Shown here: positions 62,891-64,000 of the stretch, piece by piece
How the letters are laid out: every line of letters begins with the position of its first letter
How positions within the stretch are numbered: position 1 is the first letter of the stretch
NCBI GenBank assembly: GCA_965248815.1
Contig: CBDFKK010000002.1
Span: forward strand, 16,995-80,994
Reading direction: 5' to 3'
From: Alphaproteobacteria bacterium
GTDB taxonomy: Bacteria; Pseudomonadota; Alphaproteobacteria; SMXP01
DNA: 64,000 bases
Notes under the pieces: model-generated
What the model saw: the letters and a program-made list of their open reading frames with translations, nothing else
Told to the model about the DNA's origin: nothing
The model's database searches: none
Translations under genes and position numbers: made by a program

Positions 62891-63766
62891 TCAGCGTAGA
62901 TGCTGATCGAAAAACGCGACTGTTCGGTTCCAGGCGAGCGTTGCGGCGGCCTCGTCGTAGCGCGGCGTTGTATCATTGTGAAAGCCGTGATTGGCGCCTG
63001 GATAGATATGAACGGTGTAGCTCTTTTGAGCAGCTTTGAGTGCAGCTTCGTAGTCAGGCCATCCGCTGTTTACGCGGGTATCGAGTTCGCCCAGATGAAT
63101 AAGTAGGGGCGCATTGATCTTGGGAACGTCCGCCGTATCGGGGCCTGTTCCATAAAACGGCACTGCTGCCGCCAAATCCGGCACGCGGACCGCCAACAGA
63201 TTTGAAATGCTGCCACCAAAACAAAACCCAACGCAGCCGACCCGGCCCGTGCAATCTTCGTGTGCCTGCAGAAGATTGACGGCGGCAACGAAATCCTCAA
63301 GCATTTCGCCGCGATCCCGTTCTCGCTGCAAGGCGCGGCCATCATCGTCGTTGCCGGGATAGCCGCCTAAGGGAAACAAAGCGTCAGGCGCTAAAACCAA
63401 ATAGCCTTCAATAGCAGCCCGGCGCGCGACATCGGCAATGTGCGGATTGAGTCCGCGATTTTCATGAATGACGACGACGCCCGGAAGTTTTTCGCTAGCG
63501 CTAGCGGGGCGTACCAAATAGCCGCCCATTGTCCCTGCACCATCCAGTGATGAATATTCGATAGTCTCTCCATCTACGCGCTCATCGTCTTCCAAAATTT
63601 GCTGTGCCTCTGCATATTTTGGCAACAAGGTATCGGCGAGTGCGGCGACGGTTAACCCACCTACAGCATATTTTGAGAGACTCTCAAAGAATTCTCGACG
63701 GCTCATAAAGCCGTGGGCGTAGCGATCGTAGAGATCAAAAAGTGCCTGCGGTACATGCTTAGTCAT
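62891..63766 (-). CDS. Dienelactone hydrolase family protein with Tat-type N-terminal region
   Basis: [10 protein letters not shown] twin-arginine motif. DLH core ([37 protein letters not shown] nucleophile). Confidence 0.8.
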   Translation of the reverse strand: MTKHVPQALFDLYDRYAHGFMSRREFFESLSKYAVGGLTVAALADTLLPKYAEAQQILEDDERVDGETIEYSSLDGAGTMGGYLVRPASASEKLPGVVVIHENRGLNPHIADVARRAAIEGYLVLAPDALFPLGGYPGNDDDGRALQRERDRGEMLEDFVAAVNLLQAHEDCTGRVGCVGFCFGGSISNLLAVRVPDLAAAVPFYGTGPDTADVPKINAPLLIHLGELDTRVNSGWPDYEAALKAAQKSYTVHIYPGANHGFHNDTTPRYDEAAATLAWNRTVAFFDQHLR

Positions 63767-64000
63767 GGTTGGAGTCCTCGCATTTTCACTTGACTGAGCT
63801 GTCGTTCATACATGGCGGCAAGAACGCCCACTAAACCTTCCGCGTTCGCGACTCCGCAATTGAAATCTCAGGATGCCATGTTGAGCCGGCTCCAGGACCA
63901 CGTTGCGCGATTATGGCGTCTATGAGATAGGGCCGGCCCTCTCTTGTAATTGCTGCGGCTCGCTCGAAGGCCGGTTTGACCTCACCCGGTTCGGAGATTC

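Overview
This 64-kb window looks like a chromosomal segment of an alphaproteobacterium with roughly 50% GC. Twin-arginine signal peptides are common, and there is a groESL operon with a CIRCE operator, a recG-sdhE-mfd block and a PleD/PopA-type double-receiver GGDEF protein. The dominant feature is insertion-sequence load. There are five near-identical 1286-bp copies of an IS3-family element (called ISA here; IS407-group-like orfA/orfB in a -1 frame) plus an isolated 26-bp terminal fragment. There are two divergent copies of a second IS3-family element (ISB, 1512 bp), one of them nested inside an ISA copy with a 9-bp target duplication. There is one copy of a third IS3-family element (ISC, 1230 bp). 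Together these make up about 17% of the window. The ISs fragment a nucleotide-sugar locus (UDP-GlcA epimerase pseudogene, galU, ugd, UDP-xylose synthase, hldE remnant). Inverted ISA copies bracket galU, and direct copies bracket ugd-uxs. Several genes appear decayed: in-frame stops in the epimerase, the hldE-like gene and a VOC gene; a one-nucleotide frameshift in an A7 tract inside an ABC efflux permease; a methyltransferase truncated by ISC; and a tyrosine-integrase remnant next to tRNA-Ser(UGA) truncated by ISB. The rest is ordinary housekeeping and accessory metabolism, summarised below. I found no CRISPR array, no rRNA genes and no convincing novel multi-gene system. The most unusual content is the IS-driven mosaic and the scar of a degraded integrative element at tRNA-Ser.

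Other genes:
- groESL, recG, sdhE, mfd, mscL, hspQ
- acyl-CoA thioesterase II
- a Tat-signal amidase
- a family III CoA-transferase
- a UbiD-family decarboxylase
- PotF-like and family-5 solute-binding proteins
- a MacAB-like ATPase/permease/adaptor efflux set followed by sppA
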